Shown: positions 38,391 through 52,232 of the stretch, piece by piece
Layout of the letters: each line of letters opens with the position of its first letter
Numbering within the stretch: position 1 is the stretch's first letter
Assembly (NCBI GenBank): GCA_002633005.1
Contig: NMRA01000215.1
Span: 350,852-414,851 of the forward strand
DNA from: Phoronis australis
Taxonomy: Eukaryota; Animalia; Phoronida
DNA: 64,000 bases
Reading direction: 5' to 3'
The notes under the pieces: model-generated
What the model saw: only the letters and a program-made list of their open reading frames with translations
What the model was told of the DNA's origin: nothing
Database searches by the model: none
Position numbers and translations under genes: made by a program

Positions 38391-41300
38391 ATCTGCTTCA
38401 CCACTCTTTTAGGAAGTGTGGTACGTTGACAAACAGGTGTGATGGACTTGTGGGAGTTGCCTGGGTGCATGACCAGCGAGTGTCACAGAAACGTGCCAAG
38501 AAAGCCTGTTTACTGCACTCTTGGAAAGGAAACGTGTGAACAAGTACAATATCCAATTGGGGGATTTTTTGACCTGTAGCTTTTATTGCATGTGACGAGC
38601 ATGTCTGGACTGGGCTGCATGAAATTTTAAAACTCATTCATTGGATAGCGATTGCTGCAATGAGGTCAAGTGCACTCAACATTAACAACTTAAGGCGATG
38701 ATGTGATGTCATTGTTGCTAGCTAGTGTTATAACTGTTATACAACCGAGTTCTGGTTTCGCTGGGATCTCAGGCCACAGCTGAGTGGAATCGTGGTAAAT
38801 GATCTTGCGGGGTATATCAGATATATTGCGGGCTGATGAATGAATAGTATAGTATACATGATTGTTGTTAATCAGCTGCTCATTGGTGGCTGCAGTCTTG
38901 TGGTACTCACTGATGTTCTTGTCTCCAGGCAACTAAACTTGGTTGATTTGCCATTGGCTGTGTAGAAATTGGGGAGTAGTGCTAATTGGTGTTGAGTGGT
39001 GGTTCCAGCTTCAGGGAGTCATTTTTGGGTCATGTGACTTATCTGGTATAAAGTGGGATCCAGGGAAATTTTTTTAGAAATTTCACCCGTTCTAAGTGAC
39101 TTGACGGGTTTGAAGTTCTAACCCTCTGCCTGTATGGAAACTCTGCTTGAATGAAAACCTTTGCTATTATTTAGTGGATTCCATCTTTGAAATCAAAGTT
39201 GGATGTATTTCTTTGGCTGAAGAAAAATATAAGTGGTGAGAGAGCGATATGATGTGAGTTCTAACAATGTAGTGTTTACAGATTGTCTTTCAATTGTTCT
39301 GATCATGGTAAAGACATATACTTTGTTCAGCAGTTGCTCGACCCGCTCATTTGCATTGCCCATGCTGCTGGGTTGACAAACTTGCAAATTTGCAAGTTTT
39401 ATATGATGGGTTGGTGTGCTCTTAACTCTAATGCCAAAGTACCGATGATTAATTTTTGTGGTCTCTCAAAGCTGTGGCTTCAGTTGAGGATTTTTTATAT
39501 GCCTGTATTATGGCGACTGTGTGATGCATTCTGTATGAAAGGTTAACAACAGTCACATACTGTGGAGGTGTTTATGTTTGAATTTGAAATGACTGAGTTG
39601 CATGCAAGAACGTTGTACACCTTGTGAGGAATTCTGAGTTGCTCTGAATCTGGAGCAAATGACAGTAATAAAATAAGTTTGAATATGGATACCTGTTATT
39701 TTATTACCAGCCCAGACTGGGCCACTTTTTTCCTAGGCACTGCTGTGCAAAGGTTTATATTAGTAAATCCCCTGCATCATGAAAATCAAATGGAGGTTTT
39801 GCATGACCATGAAATCGAAATTTGCTATGTCAGTGAATGTGACACCTGTGTTTTATGCGTCTATATACATGTATGTGCGTGCGTGCGGTAGGCGCAATGT
39901 TGATGAAATTTTGCAGACTTGCACGAGCGAATTTTCCGAGGACTTCGACTGTCTCTGTGTATTACATTAGTGGCAATGGCATTTTTTTTTAAAGTCCTTC
40001 AAGGGCTGTTCATGAAATTTTACAAATATATTTCCATTTAGGAGATGACTATACCTCTCAGTTATACTGATTTGACGCATTCTGCAGCCTTTATGGGCAA
40101 TTTATTAATGCTGCGTCTGTAAGCTCTTACAAACATCTATAGGTCAATATTGCCTGTTGTTCGGATCATAAAATCTTCGTATTTTTTCTGTACATTTCGT
40201 CTATTTATTGCTGCTACGCCTACTGTAAATTGTCGAATTTGAACTTCATAATTCTCAAAAGACATACGAAACCCAAGACTACTTGTATATGGAACGCGAG
40301 GACGACGCGTTCATAGAACCCATGATTAAAGCCGTTAGCGACGAGGAAAACAGATATAGCTTGCTACTGAGAATGTTAAGAGATGAGGCATAAGTTATGC
40401 AAGTATTACCATATCTGACAGTCCTTTGGGGGAGAACAGTTTATGTAGTTTGTCTTCTTTATTGGTATGTCATGCGAAAATGGTCTTCAGGTAACCATGT
40501 CAAACTTTACTTAATTTGGGTCTGGGCCATATAGTCAAAACCTACTAATGTCTGAAAAGGGGTCAGTTGTTGGTGTGAAACATGAACCTTATTGTAGGTT
40601 TGCTTCTGAACCTTCTCGTTACCTCACACACAGCTCACCTCGGTACTTGTTCAATAGCTCTAACATCTTTGTTCGTACAGGGATCCCATACAGAAAAATC
40701 ATATACTTAAGTGCGTCGGACCATATCTTCATAAACAAAAATTTTGCATTTCTGACTTATACGTACAGTTTCTTCTGGGGGAACCCAGAATTTAATATGC
40801 TCTTTTGGGCATTATTTATGGGTGAGGACCATCTGAGGTCACGCGAGATGGTAATGCTTCCTTTATCAAAACGTGTGGTTGTGCAATCCTCGAGACGGTA
40901 ACTGGATCTTGCGTTTTCTGGTAAGAGTTGGAGCACTACACTTATTTCCACCAGGTAGCGCCATATGTATTGGGGAACCAAAAGCGAACAGTACGCGAGA
41001 AGGGGATGTGCGACGATTAACTGTGAGAGTCTCTCAGTGAATTTGTCACTGATAAAGATGTACGTAGACATAGTCGCCCACACCGCCAAGAAAAACCTCG
41101 GGGTCAAGATGGGAAGATAATTTCGACATTCGCATACTACGAAAAACGTGCTTATATCACGAAAAAAGCTCTTTCACCTGTTCAACATCAAGAATGTCAC
41201 TGAGAGAGGCTTGAGTTCCAAATGTATTGAGTTTCCTTGCCGCAGCTCCTAAACCAGAGATGCCATATTATGGTAAATAAATTTCCATGGTTTACAAATA

Positions 41301-41570
41301 ATCTCCCATACTTGTCCTGTATGGAAAATAGTATAGTTAGGTACGAATCTTTGTCATAAATTGTTTTTTAACGTTCGACTGATTTAAGTAATTTGTATTG
41401 GTAATCAGAGCTGAGTAGTCGTTAGGTTTTACACTAATTTGGTGCAAAAACAAATCACTGCAATAAATGACACTGGCTTTATTTTTACTCACATGAAAAT
41501 TCTTCACGTAAACTCGAATGAAGTCTTATTTACTGGTTCGGAAAATGAAATGTATTGTCAACTAAGTATT

Positions 41571-41576
41571 AATAAA
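41571..41576 (+). terminator. Candidate FAM193 polyadenylation signal (alternatives at 39667 and 41462)
   Basis: AATAAA followed by GT-rich gttgtttgtttcgt, just before transposon-rich DNA begins. Confidence 0.4.
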
Positions 41577-41899
41577 GTTATATTTTCCGCCGTTCATGCA
41601 GTTGTTTGTTTCGTCACTGTGATCTCTTTCTTCACAACTCTTTTACGTAATAGTTCCGTTTTCCAACGGAAGGGTTCACTGAACTTCATCAGGTGATGTC
41701 TGTACTCAAACGATCAACCCGTATTTCAGTTCTGGTTCAGCAAAACCTGTTTGAAAAAAATGTTTTTCTGTTGGCAAACCGTGTGCATTGTTTGTGAAGT
41801 ATAGGAATCAACATTTTCTTCAATATTGGATTTAAAGGTTCCATGGTATTTCCAAGTGTCAAAGGGATCACTCCGGCTGTCTTCTCATGTACCCTTCCA

Positions 41900-44690
41900 A
41901 GCACCCAACAGTCCCCAAGACTTGCCCACTGTAATAAAAGTCAACAGACTCCAAGCACTGCTTCAAGGCTACAATAAGTCCCTTTAATCAGAAATTCAAG
42001 GCTTCACTTTTGTTTTCGAATTAGGTATCTCCCCCTTTTTCCTCATTTCATACCCGAAACCACCCATCTGCCATCAACAATTTTCATGTCACAGACGACA
42101 AGATAACCAAGGAGGTCCAACTCTATCGATGTGCAGGGCCTTCCAACAACCCGCCTATGGATGCCTTCATTGTTTCACTACTGGATCTCGTTCGAAACGG
42201 GAATGCAATAAATTCAGATATATCTTGTCTTTTCCATCACGCATGCCTTGTTCTGTCAACTGTCACAGGAATTATCTCAGGTTGAGTACCTGTCCATCCA
42301 GGATGCCATCTACCGTGTTCAACAACATGGTCAACACGCGTTATTGGCAAAGGCTGATATTCAAGATGCTTTCAGAATTATACCGGTGCGCCCTGATTTT
42401 TGATTCTTAGGCTTATCATGGAATAGCAAATTCTTTCTGACAAGTGTCTAACCATTGGCTTGTCTTCATCTTGTCCAATCTTCGAATAGTTTAACTCGTC
42501 ACTGCAGTGGATCCTCGAAAATAAATTCTCCGCCCCTGGCATATCTCACCTTCTCGATGATGTTTTTTGTTGGTCCTCCCCCCCCCAACTCCCCCAAATG
42601 CAAATTCGACCTCAACACATTTCTTTCAGTGTGTGCAATAATCAGCATCCTTGTCAACGACGAAAAAACCGTTTTCCCGTCCATTGAAATTACCACATGG
42701 TATTCACCTCAATTCGGCGTCTATGACTACATCTCTGCCTCAGAACAGACTTGACAAGTGTAGAGTCACTTTGTCGTCGTTCAAGAAACGCCACAAGGTT
42801 ACACTCACCGAGCTTCAGTCTCTTATCGGTGTACTTAATTTTGCTCATTCGGTTATTATTCCAAGCAGAACTTTTCTTCACCGGATGATTAACCATACCT
42901 GTGGCATTTCCAAACCAACTCACTTTGTCACATTGGATAAAGAGATTCACTACAAGAGGATGGAACAATCTTGAGTTTACAATCATTAAAACAAAAACTT
43001 TTCTATAAAGGATACGTTTTTGAACCAGTAGGTAGCTAGCTTGTGAATACAGTCTGGCAAATTTGGGTAGAAACCCTTACCCGTCTAAACATGTAAACAA
43101 AAATTTCCAACAATTTCGACTCCACTTTTGCATATCGTCAGTGCTCAAATGGGGTGCTCAAACTTTGGAAAGACATTTGTCAAAAACTTGGAAGCCCCAA
43201 ATAGGCATATGGACAGTGCCATGCAGAAGTGGGCTAGAGATTTAAACCTTACTTCTGCTGATGACTTTGGCTGGTCCAAAATTTATTGATTACCTTATGT
43301 TTTAACGTTAGACTCATATTTAAGGTATTTCCAGTACGGCGTATTATTACAACAAATGCATTTTAACATTAAAGTTCAAGAGAATGACTTATGCACATTT
43401 TGTCCTGAGCGTACGGAGACTATATTACATTTATTATGGAATGCAGATATGTACGAAAGTTGTGAAAGAAAATCTGGTATTATTTCCTTAGGATTGATAA
43501 TTCAAAAGGTCATGATTTTGTTTGAAAATACCGAATGTAACAACAGTATAAATCTTGTAGTTTTAATAACAAAAATGTTATTTATCAATCTAGAATGCAG
43601 AACAAACTTCCGCTTATAGCTGATGTCACTAGAGTTTTGAAAAACCATAGAAATATTTAACTTACTATTATCAAAATCAACGTTGTATTAGAAAAACACA
43701 ACAAAAATGGAACTTAGTACAATTATAATGCTGGTAAATGTATATGTACAGTTGTATTGTAATTATTAGTTTGTTACAATAAATGTTAAGAAAATGAATT
43801 AAGAGGCCAGTGCCGACTTGCACGCATGTTTTTTTTTTATTGACAACTTCAATGGGATGTCTATGTTTCTTTTCAGGACGTCATCCAAATCCATCTGCCT
43901 CTACTCAGATGTAAAGGGCGTACACGGCGGCTTTGCTACCATTTTAATTCCTGCGTGGTTTGCGGGCTCCGGACCTGACCGCCTGAAATCGCGTCACATC
44001 ACGGTCAAAGAACTTTTTCCTACTGTTTTAACCTTTGAGACTTGGGGGCACAAGCTTTCTAACCACAAGATTATTTTCCTATGTGATAACAGCGCAGTGG
44101 TGGAAATCATCAACAGGACCACATCCAAAAACCATGCTATCGTGTCTCTAGTGCGGAGACTCGAGCTAGCTATCCTCAAGTCCAATATTCATTTCAGAGC
44201 CAAGCATGTCCCTGGTTCAAATACGTGATAGTCGATCTTCTCTCCCGTTTCAATTTTCACGAAGCCTTTGCTCTCGCACCTCACCTGGACCGAGCCAAGA
44301 CAACAAATTAACCTCGTCATTTGATCCAGTGACAGCGACACTTTTTAACACGTCATTGGCTCCTTTTTCAAAGACTGCCTATGTCCGATGGGTGAACAAA
44401 TTTAGGACCTTCCACTGTGAGAAAAACCTGTCTGATCCTGCTTTCCCTCTTCTGTTCCAAACCCTGCGCATGCTTCATTTCTCACCTCTTTTCTTCCGGT
44501 CTCAGCCACGCCACCATTCTGTCTTACATCTCTGCAATAGGATTCGTCCACATTACCCGACAGAACAATTTGTCACTAAAAACTGCGTAAAGGTGTTTCC
44601 AACCTCCTGCCATTAAGAGACATTCGCCAACCTATCCAACTGGATATTATACAAAACTTTTTGGTCAACGCATCGATAGTCGGTGGTGGC
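41900..44690 (+). mobile_element. Degenerate DIRS/Ngaro-type tyrosine-recombinase retrotransposon (RT, RNase H, start of YR)
   Basis: LPTVIKVNRLQALLQGY; KADIQDAFRIIPV; ELQSLIGVLNFA; RNase H HITVKELFP..WG..IIFLCDNSAVVEIIN..FRAKHVPG; overlapping SLAP.SKTAY YR N-terminus; frameshifts and stops. Confidence 0.85.
42945..43800 (+). mobile_element. LINE (L1/Tx1-like) 3' fragment inserted in the DIRS element
   Basis: LRYFQY...DLCTFCPERTETILHLLW zinc motif; AATAAA plus A-rich end; flanked by AAGAG duplication. Confidence 0.75.
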
Positions 44691-44699
44691 CTCACAATG

Positions 44700-46170
44700 C
44701 TTTGTGAAAACTAGCAATTTACCAATTTGACTGTGATGTCTCTTTAAATGAGACACATTTATGTTTTAACGATACCAGTCAAGTCGAAGGATACCGATTT
44801 ATTGGTTGCAACCGTAACAATTTGCACATTAATGATTCCAGAGGTTCTGGAGGTGTTAGTTTATAAAAGACAATATGTTTGATAAATTTGATGTGTTCTC
44901 ATCTAATCAACCACTTGTATAACTTCAGTAATATTGACAAGTTCCAATCAATTTGCTTTAACTTCATAAAAAATTCGAAATTAGCTATTGTTAATGGCAG
45001 AATTAGGCGGGTATAAGAAATCCTGTTGTAGATTATATTTTAACTGACCAAAATAATTTGAAGAATTGTGTATCGTTTTTTGTTACAAAGACTTTTGATA
45101 TTATTGATATGTTAGATATCCACGCATTGATTGGGCCAAGATGTAAAGCACCAGATCATTTTGTTCTTGTTTTGAAGTTTAAAATCTCATCGCCTTGGAT
45201 AAGTACCGACAAACCTTTAGATTCAAATACTCTTTCTTCGAAAAAATGTAAATATAACACCTCCAATATCTCTGTAGAATTTAGTAATAACATTTAATGA
45301 AGAAATTTTGTGTTTAATTGATTCATTATTGTTATCCTATGAACATCAGAACCAACTTGATATAGTGTATCAGTCATTTGTTGACCAATTAATTAAGGAA
45401 ATGAATTCCTTGCTGGATTACCAGGATTATTACCCGAGTCGTAAACTAAAAATGTATTTTAAAAGGAATCAGCCTTATTGGTATTCGGAACTTAACAATT
45501 TGTGGAAAATTTAAAGTACATTGAAATTCAACATTCAAGAAGTCAATGAGGATGCCGGAATTGGTCACATTACAAACAATTATTTCTGTTTGCTCAATAT
45601 AAATTTGACAAAAAATTCATATGCGCGAAACGTTCATGCCAGTTGAAAGTTTAGATTGAAATTGAGAATCTGAATACTGAAAATCATAAGGATTTCTGGG
45701 CATATATTAAAAAACTGGGACCAAAACAGTTTAGCGAAGTTCGCCTGGAAGTATTGGATTCAAATAATAAAATATTCTGACAGAAATTTCGTTCTAAAAA
45801 ATGGAAAAATGATTACGAAAAATTATAACAAAAGAATAACAAAGCCGTCGGCTATGACTGTATATTCACTTCTGAAGTGAGTAGCACACAATTTGTCAGC
45901 TTCCACGAGGTCACTGGGTTATCTCTCTCAACCAAACCACAAATTTGATGAAAATACTTCACTTGTTCAGTCAAAAGAATCAATTTTCGAGACACAATTC
46001 TCACCTGGATGCCTATAATGCGACACCTACCGAGCCATGATTCATGTATACCTTGTGAGGTGTTAAGATTCGAAACTATTGTTGTTTGCCTTCTGATTGG
46101 TATAAAGCAATTATTATCCCGATACCTAAGAATTCTACAAGCTACCCTAGAATGCCTTTGAACTATACTG
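44700..46170 (+). mobile_element. Degenerate CR1-group LINE ORF2 (AP endonuclease to start of RT)
   Basis: ETHL, GSGGV, NGR, VDYI, PDH endonuclease motifs and IIIPIPKN..PLNY pre-RT motif; many stops. Confidence 0.75.
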
Positions 46171-46987
46171 TGACAGTGTTTATGTGTAGTTTAGGTACCT
46201 CGTTAATGCCATTTCCACATTTGCTGTCGCCAAAAATGGTGATCTGAAAAACGTATCGAGATCTATGCTGGCGTAATAAAGCAAATCATAGATTCCGGTT
46301 ACCTGAATAGAATTGGCGCTTATTGATTTGTGTTAATTTATAAGAATAAAAATTTCCATTTTACCTATCCAAAAACCGTGTACGAATTATGTTTTGTGAC
46401 GCAAATATGTGTACAAACTATTTTTTCCCTCGAACGCCTACTATACAAACTATTAGAGACAAACGAAATATGTTTCAAGAGCCGTGTGCAAACTAATAGA
46501 GTGAACTATTATACAAAAGACCTTATGACAAAAAAATCAATCAGTACAAATGCAGCAACACAAACAGGCAAAATGGCTATTGTTATCAGAACAAATACAA
46601 AGTACGCCTTACCAATGGAAAATCCCATGACGTACATGTACAGGCCTAATGGATACCAAACTGAAAGTTGGGTTTAGCATTGCAGGTAAGCTCTTTCAAG
46701 GACGCGAGATACCGTCCAGACTTCTTATTGTATATTGTACTGTTGTTGCCGAGGTATTAAAGATAACTTATTACGAACGTCTAGTCACCTAGATATGGCT
46801 CGTACACACACTTGAGAACCAGTCAAAAATACAGCACAACTCCATACAAAGAAATGTTGGGATTCAAGGCGGAAATTTAAAAAAACATATGTCCGCTTAC
46901 AAAAAATTTAACATTGAAGAATAAAAACAACCTTTACACCCCGCTGGTGTTCCTGTTCCATGTTTTCAAAGAAGTTGGTTGCATTTT

Positions 46988-47780
46988 CATAGACTACAGT
47001 CGAGAGATTTTGTGCGGCATATATTCGACATGAAATGAGTGTGTAACCTGCTGTTGAATTGCGAGATAGATTTTGACTGGTCCGGTTGCTTATTTATGAA
47101 GTATTAATGTAATTTTTACGTTAAAGGTTTTACCAGCGTTCTATTTATTTGTACACGAGTGTGAATGTGTTGAAATTGCTGATCCAAATCCTGGTCAAAT
47201 GTGTGTATTCTGCTGAAACCAACCGTCTGATCAGGACCAGCGAAGAGTAATTTGGTTAATTCGCACACTAGGCTATGGCTGAACTTCCTCGTAAGGACAG
47301 GAGTTTACGAGTCACTACCTTTGGAAGAAATTTAGCGGATAATTTTCGACAAAAAGTTTACCAGATAGTTTTCATCAAAACGGAGAAAACAAAAATGGAT
47401 TTGTGAAGACAGGATTAAGACTAAGTAGTAGTCTCTTAAAAACATTCATCTTCGAAGTGCCTTGAACAAATGTACAAAGTCTTATTGCTGAAACAACTGC
47501 CATTCACGTTGACACAAGAAGTAAGGTTTTCTTCCCATAGCCGATTATGGGGTCTTCAGATGGTATGGAGGCTAATTCCTTTGCATTTCACGTGTGTAGC
47601 CGAACAACCGGCCACACAGTAACTTACCATGATTAGCAGACGACGTACTTGCCGGAAATTGCACCAGATAATTTAGCCAGATGTCGCCAGTGAATAATGA
47701 CGTAAGGGCTTGTGCGTAAGGTCACAGATTTCGTCCATTGAAAGAATACGGAGTTGGCCGTCCATGTACTATAGTCTATG
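46988..47780. mobile_element. Possible non-autonomous DNA element with CATAG termini (P-like)
   Basis: CATAGACTACAGT vs reverse-complemented CATAGACTATAGT (12/13); no clean TSD. Confidence 0.3.
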
Positions 47781-48149
47781 GTGCAATGAAGAAAATTTAC
47801 TTCATTTTTTAAAGAGAATGGAACCTGAGTGACGATGAAAAAACAGAAGCTGCTGGTAAGATGTGAATTTTAATCGAAGCCTTAGTGAATCACTCAGAAA
47901 ATCGCAATACTCTCTTTGTCAAACCTTATGTTAAGACGATTTCCAAAGCAATCCCGTCATTATTGCCAACACGAAAAACGGATTTGGTCTTTTGGGCATT
48001 TGAAGACTACTTTAAATACGACAAATTTGTTAAGAATTGATGGCACAAAATATAAAACGTATAGCATTACGAAAAGAAGTAGGTTTCGCGCGCAAACGCT
48101 GTGGACCATAAACAAGTAGGTCTTTTAGTATGAGATTAGTAGTTAAATT

Positions 48150-48220
48150 GTGGTGGTGTAGTGGTAACGCACGCGCTCTCTATCCGCCAGGTCGTGAGTT
48201 CGAGTCTTTGGTAGCCCCGT
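48150..48220 (+). mobile_element. tRNA-derived SINE head
   Basis: A box TGGTGTAGTGG and B box GAGTTCGAGTC. Confidence 0.55.
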
Positions 48221-48239
48221 CATCTCCCGGAACTCGATA

Positions 48240-51200
48240 GTCAAGAACTCGGTGTCTCTGGCTGAAATCTGGCAAAAAATCAGACAGCACTTTGGCTTTG
48301 CCTCAACCGGCGCTCATTTTTTTAGACCTTTGCAATATCCGCCTGCAACCCGACGATCGTCCCGAGGACCTCTATCAACGTTTGACTGCCTTTTTCGAGG
48401 ACAATCTCATCTCACTTGACTGTGGCCCTGCTCACCATGGAGCCGCCATGGATTATGAGGAGGACTTGACCCCGACGCTGGAAAATGTCATTGTATATAT
48501 ATGGCTTGGAATGGTCCACCCTGGCTTGCCACTTTAGTCAAGCAAAAGTATGGAGCTGAGCTTCGTAACAACACGCTGGCTTCGATTAAAACGGAATTAT
48601 CTCTCCCACCATCTTCAATTCTGGAGGAACTCTGGACTATCGAGGACACCCGTGTGATGCGCATTGGTGCTCCTCCTGGTCGCAGAAGAAACTTTTATTC
48701 TTGCATTCTCTGCAAGACCGCCGGCCGAACAGCGTCTTCCCACAACCTTGAAGATCGCAAATTCCTACCTGACAGCGGTAAGCGTCGCATCACCAGATCA
48801 CGCCGGGTTACGAACTTTGAAGAAGATGACACTGATCTCGACGACGAACCGTCCACTGAAGCTGCCGACGCCTCCTGTAGCTTTGTATTACTTGATACCC
48901 AATCAGCTCGACGAGTTACTATCATGCAGTCTCCCGTCTTGAAAGCTTTCTTCAAAGATCATCCCGTGCAAGTCACACTCGACACTGGTGCTATTAATAA
49001 CATGGTGCGCGAGTCTGCCGTATCGTTATACGGTATTACTATTTCCCCCGCTTCGCAAATGGCCCGCCGGGCCGACGGCATTACCCCCCTTGAGGTTGTT
49101 GGCGAGATCCACTGCCAGTTTACCCGTGGCTCTCACAACTTTCGTCTGGATGCTTTGGTGATTCGCCAGCTTGATGTTGACATTCTTGCCGGAAATCCCT
49201 TCATGTCCTACAATGACGTTGCTGTTCGCCCCACTATGCGCCAGATCGTAATTGCTGGTTCTGATGTCGTTCCCTACGGTGTCATTACTCCCGAGGAGAC
49301 ATTACCCATCGCACGACTTACACAGTCTTCTCTCTTGCGTTGCCCACAGTGTTCTGTCGGTCTACCTGGCCAGTAAATCGAACTACCGACCCCGGCTGAT
49401 GCCCCCCTAGATACCTCTTGGGCGCTCGAACCTAGGTTGGATAAACCTCTTAGTAAATCACTCGACCCTAAGCTGGCTTGGCCACGACCACAGAAAATCT
49501 CCTAAGTCGCGCACACTGTACGTGTAAAGAACGATACTGATTCACCTCTGCTAATTAAACATGGCGAACACATCTGCCAGGTGCGACAACTTTCAGAGTC
49601 GCTACCCGCCCGTGTTCCAGGTTCTACGACATCCGCCATTAGCTCCCTGCCTAGACCATCATTTTCTGATTCCATCAGATGCGGGCCCGCTTCCAGTCCC
49701 TACACGCTGCATTCGATGATGTATTCAACCCTGCCGTTTCTAAGTGCAATGGCGCTAGTAAGAAGGTAGAGGCCGTTGTGAATGTTGGACCCACTCTCCT
49801 CCTCAACGGAACAGCCGAAGCTGCGTAAACATCAAAAAGTCTGGTTACCCTGTGAAGTTGAGGTTCTGTGTATTGGTGCAGCAGTCCGTCAATTTTCCCC
49901 ATACATCAGCCAGGCCTCTAATCCCACCCCCGTTCAGGCCTATGGAAAACTTATGCGAGGCGAGTTCTCCACTAGTGCTCGAGTATCAACGTTTCTATCT
50001 ACATTGAGCCGTTATGGCGTTTCTTTACACCACATTGGTGGTGCAGTGATCCTTCCTTCCGACTTCTCCAGCAGAAACCCAACATCCTGCCAAGACTCCG
50101 CTTGTCAGGTATGTAAGTTCATAACCGAACTGGGAGATTCAGTCGTTCGAAGATTGTCCGTTGATGATGTTTTTCAGAGCGCCATACGTATGCCCTTCAC
50201 AAGCCGCGCAGCTCGGCTGTTGACCCAACAAGAATGCCCAGACGTTCGCCGAAGCCATGCCCACCTGCTCCTGAGTTTATCTCCAGAGGGTGGGCCTGTG
50301 TCCTCTCCAACTCTCGCCATTGCCACGTCCATTATGAACTCCCGGGTCCGCCGAGATGGTTTGTCTTCACGTGAATTGTGGACACAGCGGGATCAACTCA
50401 CAGGTTGTCAACTGCCCATCGTCGACAGGGACGTGATCCGCCGTCAACATCAATTCCGTACTGACAACCATCTTCCTAGTGCCATGTCAATGTCCCGTGG
50501 TAGCGCTCATAACCCTACACAGCTCTTTGTTGGTCAGCTGGTATTCCTAAAGGGTGAAAGCGACAAGACAAAGGCCCGCGAGAAGTACCTCGTCACGAGC
50601 GTGTCTGATGAATGGTGTGAGCTGCGTAAGTTCACTTGCTCCCAGTTCCGCTGTAAAACTTACACTGTACGTGTATCAGACTGCTTCCATGTGTCTTCCA
50701 CGACTTCGAATCCTAGTTGTTTGCCTCAGATCAGCTAGATGCCCCTGATGACGATGACCTAACGCCTAGCCCTGGTGGCCACGACCTCTACGATCTTCAT
50801 GTGCATGATCCCCTTGGGGATTACCCGCCCGAGGTACCGATCACACCCCCTCCATTGCCGGAGGTGACAACTACTCCTCCTCTACCTGAACCGACCCTTG
50901 ATACCGTAGCAGCCGATCCAGCGGCTGATATCCCTCAGCTTTCGGATGAGAAAGATGTGCTTAACTCCGACGCCGTTGTGTAGGATGCCACCACGTTACG
51001 GCGCTCTCGTCACAACCTCAACCCCCCGCGTGGCATGATAGTGATTGGATTATGGAGTAGCACCAGTGTACCGTGTGCTCATTCCTTAAGTTTCTATTTC
51101 CTTGGCAGATGAGACGGAGACATGCCAGACAGAAACTATGCTTAGTTATAAATGTTTATTTCGTTGTTGTTTCAACTGTTATTACGGTTTAAACGTTGTT

Positions 51201-51281
51201 CCAGCTACTGTACTCCTTAGGCCTACTTTAAGTCTTGTATTGTTCTCTAGCTTCCATTGTAACCAGAGGAGAGGAAAGGGA
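48240..51281 (+). mobile_element. Ty3/Gypsy LTR retrotransposon remnant with internal deletions
   Basis: gag (IWQKIRQHFG..RPEDLYQRL, CILC..H knuckle), protease LDTGA, RNase H WLPCEVE..SPY, integrase C-terminus (NSRVRRDGLSSRELWTQRDQ); polypurine tract AGAGGAGAGGAAAGGGA at 51265-51281. Confidence 0.88.
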
Positions 51282-52232
51282 TTACGCCATTGTATTCGTT
51301 AAGGTTTTTCCCCGGGGCCAGTCTAGGTTTGCGGTTTCTGTCGATAAACACTAGCAAACCTTGTTTCATCTAACTTACTGTCGCAGTTCTATCGTAAAAG
51401 CTAGAAGAGAAGGACATTGAGGGCTATTGTAGCCGCTTGCATGAAACGATCCAAACAGTGACACAACTATGTCCCACTTTCAACGTATTTATTTATTGTC
51501 ATTAGAATAAGGGCTCATTTTTCGGATATAATTAGAAAATAAGTAAAGATGACCTCATAACATAGATAAAGTCGTAGAAAAACATAAAATTTATGAGTAA
51601 ACAACGACACAAATGTGCAGATTTAGGTTGTGTAAATGAGACCCTATTTGGAACAGTTTCATGAAATCAAGCATTGGTTTTAAGCAGGTAGTCATCGCAG
51701 GTAATCATTTATTAGCGTCATGCACCTGCACCTGTAGTTAGGCCTCATGGTTGAATTGCAGGCGTGCTCGAATTGTTTGAGGATTGACTCTTTTGGAGGT
51801 AGTTAGCCGAAGCCAAAAGTCGAGGCAGATCCATCAAACGTTGACTTAGTGAAATATACTTTGTTTACAGATCACGACGGCAACCACTAGTGGGAATCTC
51901 TTTGAACCAGAAGGAACGACTACCTTCATTTTTTCAGAACTTCCAGGTAACCACACAAATACGAAATTGATGTTTTATCTTACGCGTAACTTTCGTCCCA
52001 CCTGTCAGAAGTTGACTGTGAGTTTGTTTAAAAGCCACCTATGCTTTGAGATTGTGCGGAGATGGAGAGAAAATGATCAAATCCAGTAACTAATTTATTA
52101 ATTTATTTAATAAATACAGGTGAAACCTGTTGTTAATTAAGTAGACTTACAATGAAGAAGAGTAACTACGCTAGCGCCCTCTGTAAGGGTTACTTCAATC
52201 AATTAAATATAAATAATCAAACGTCTTATCTG

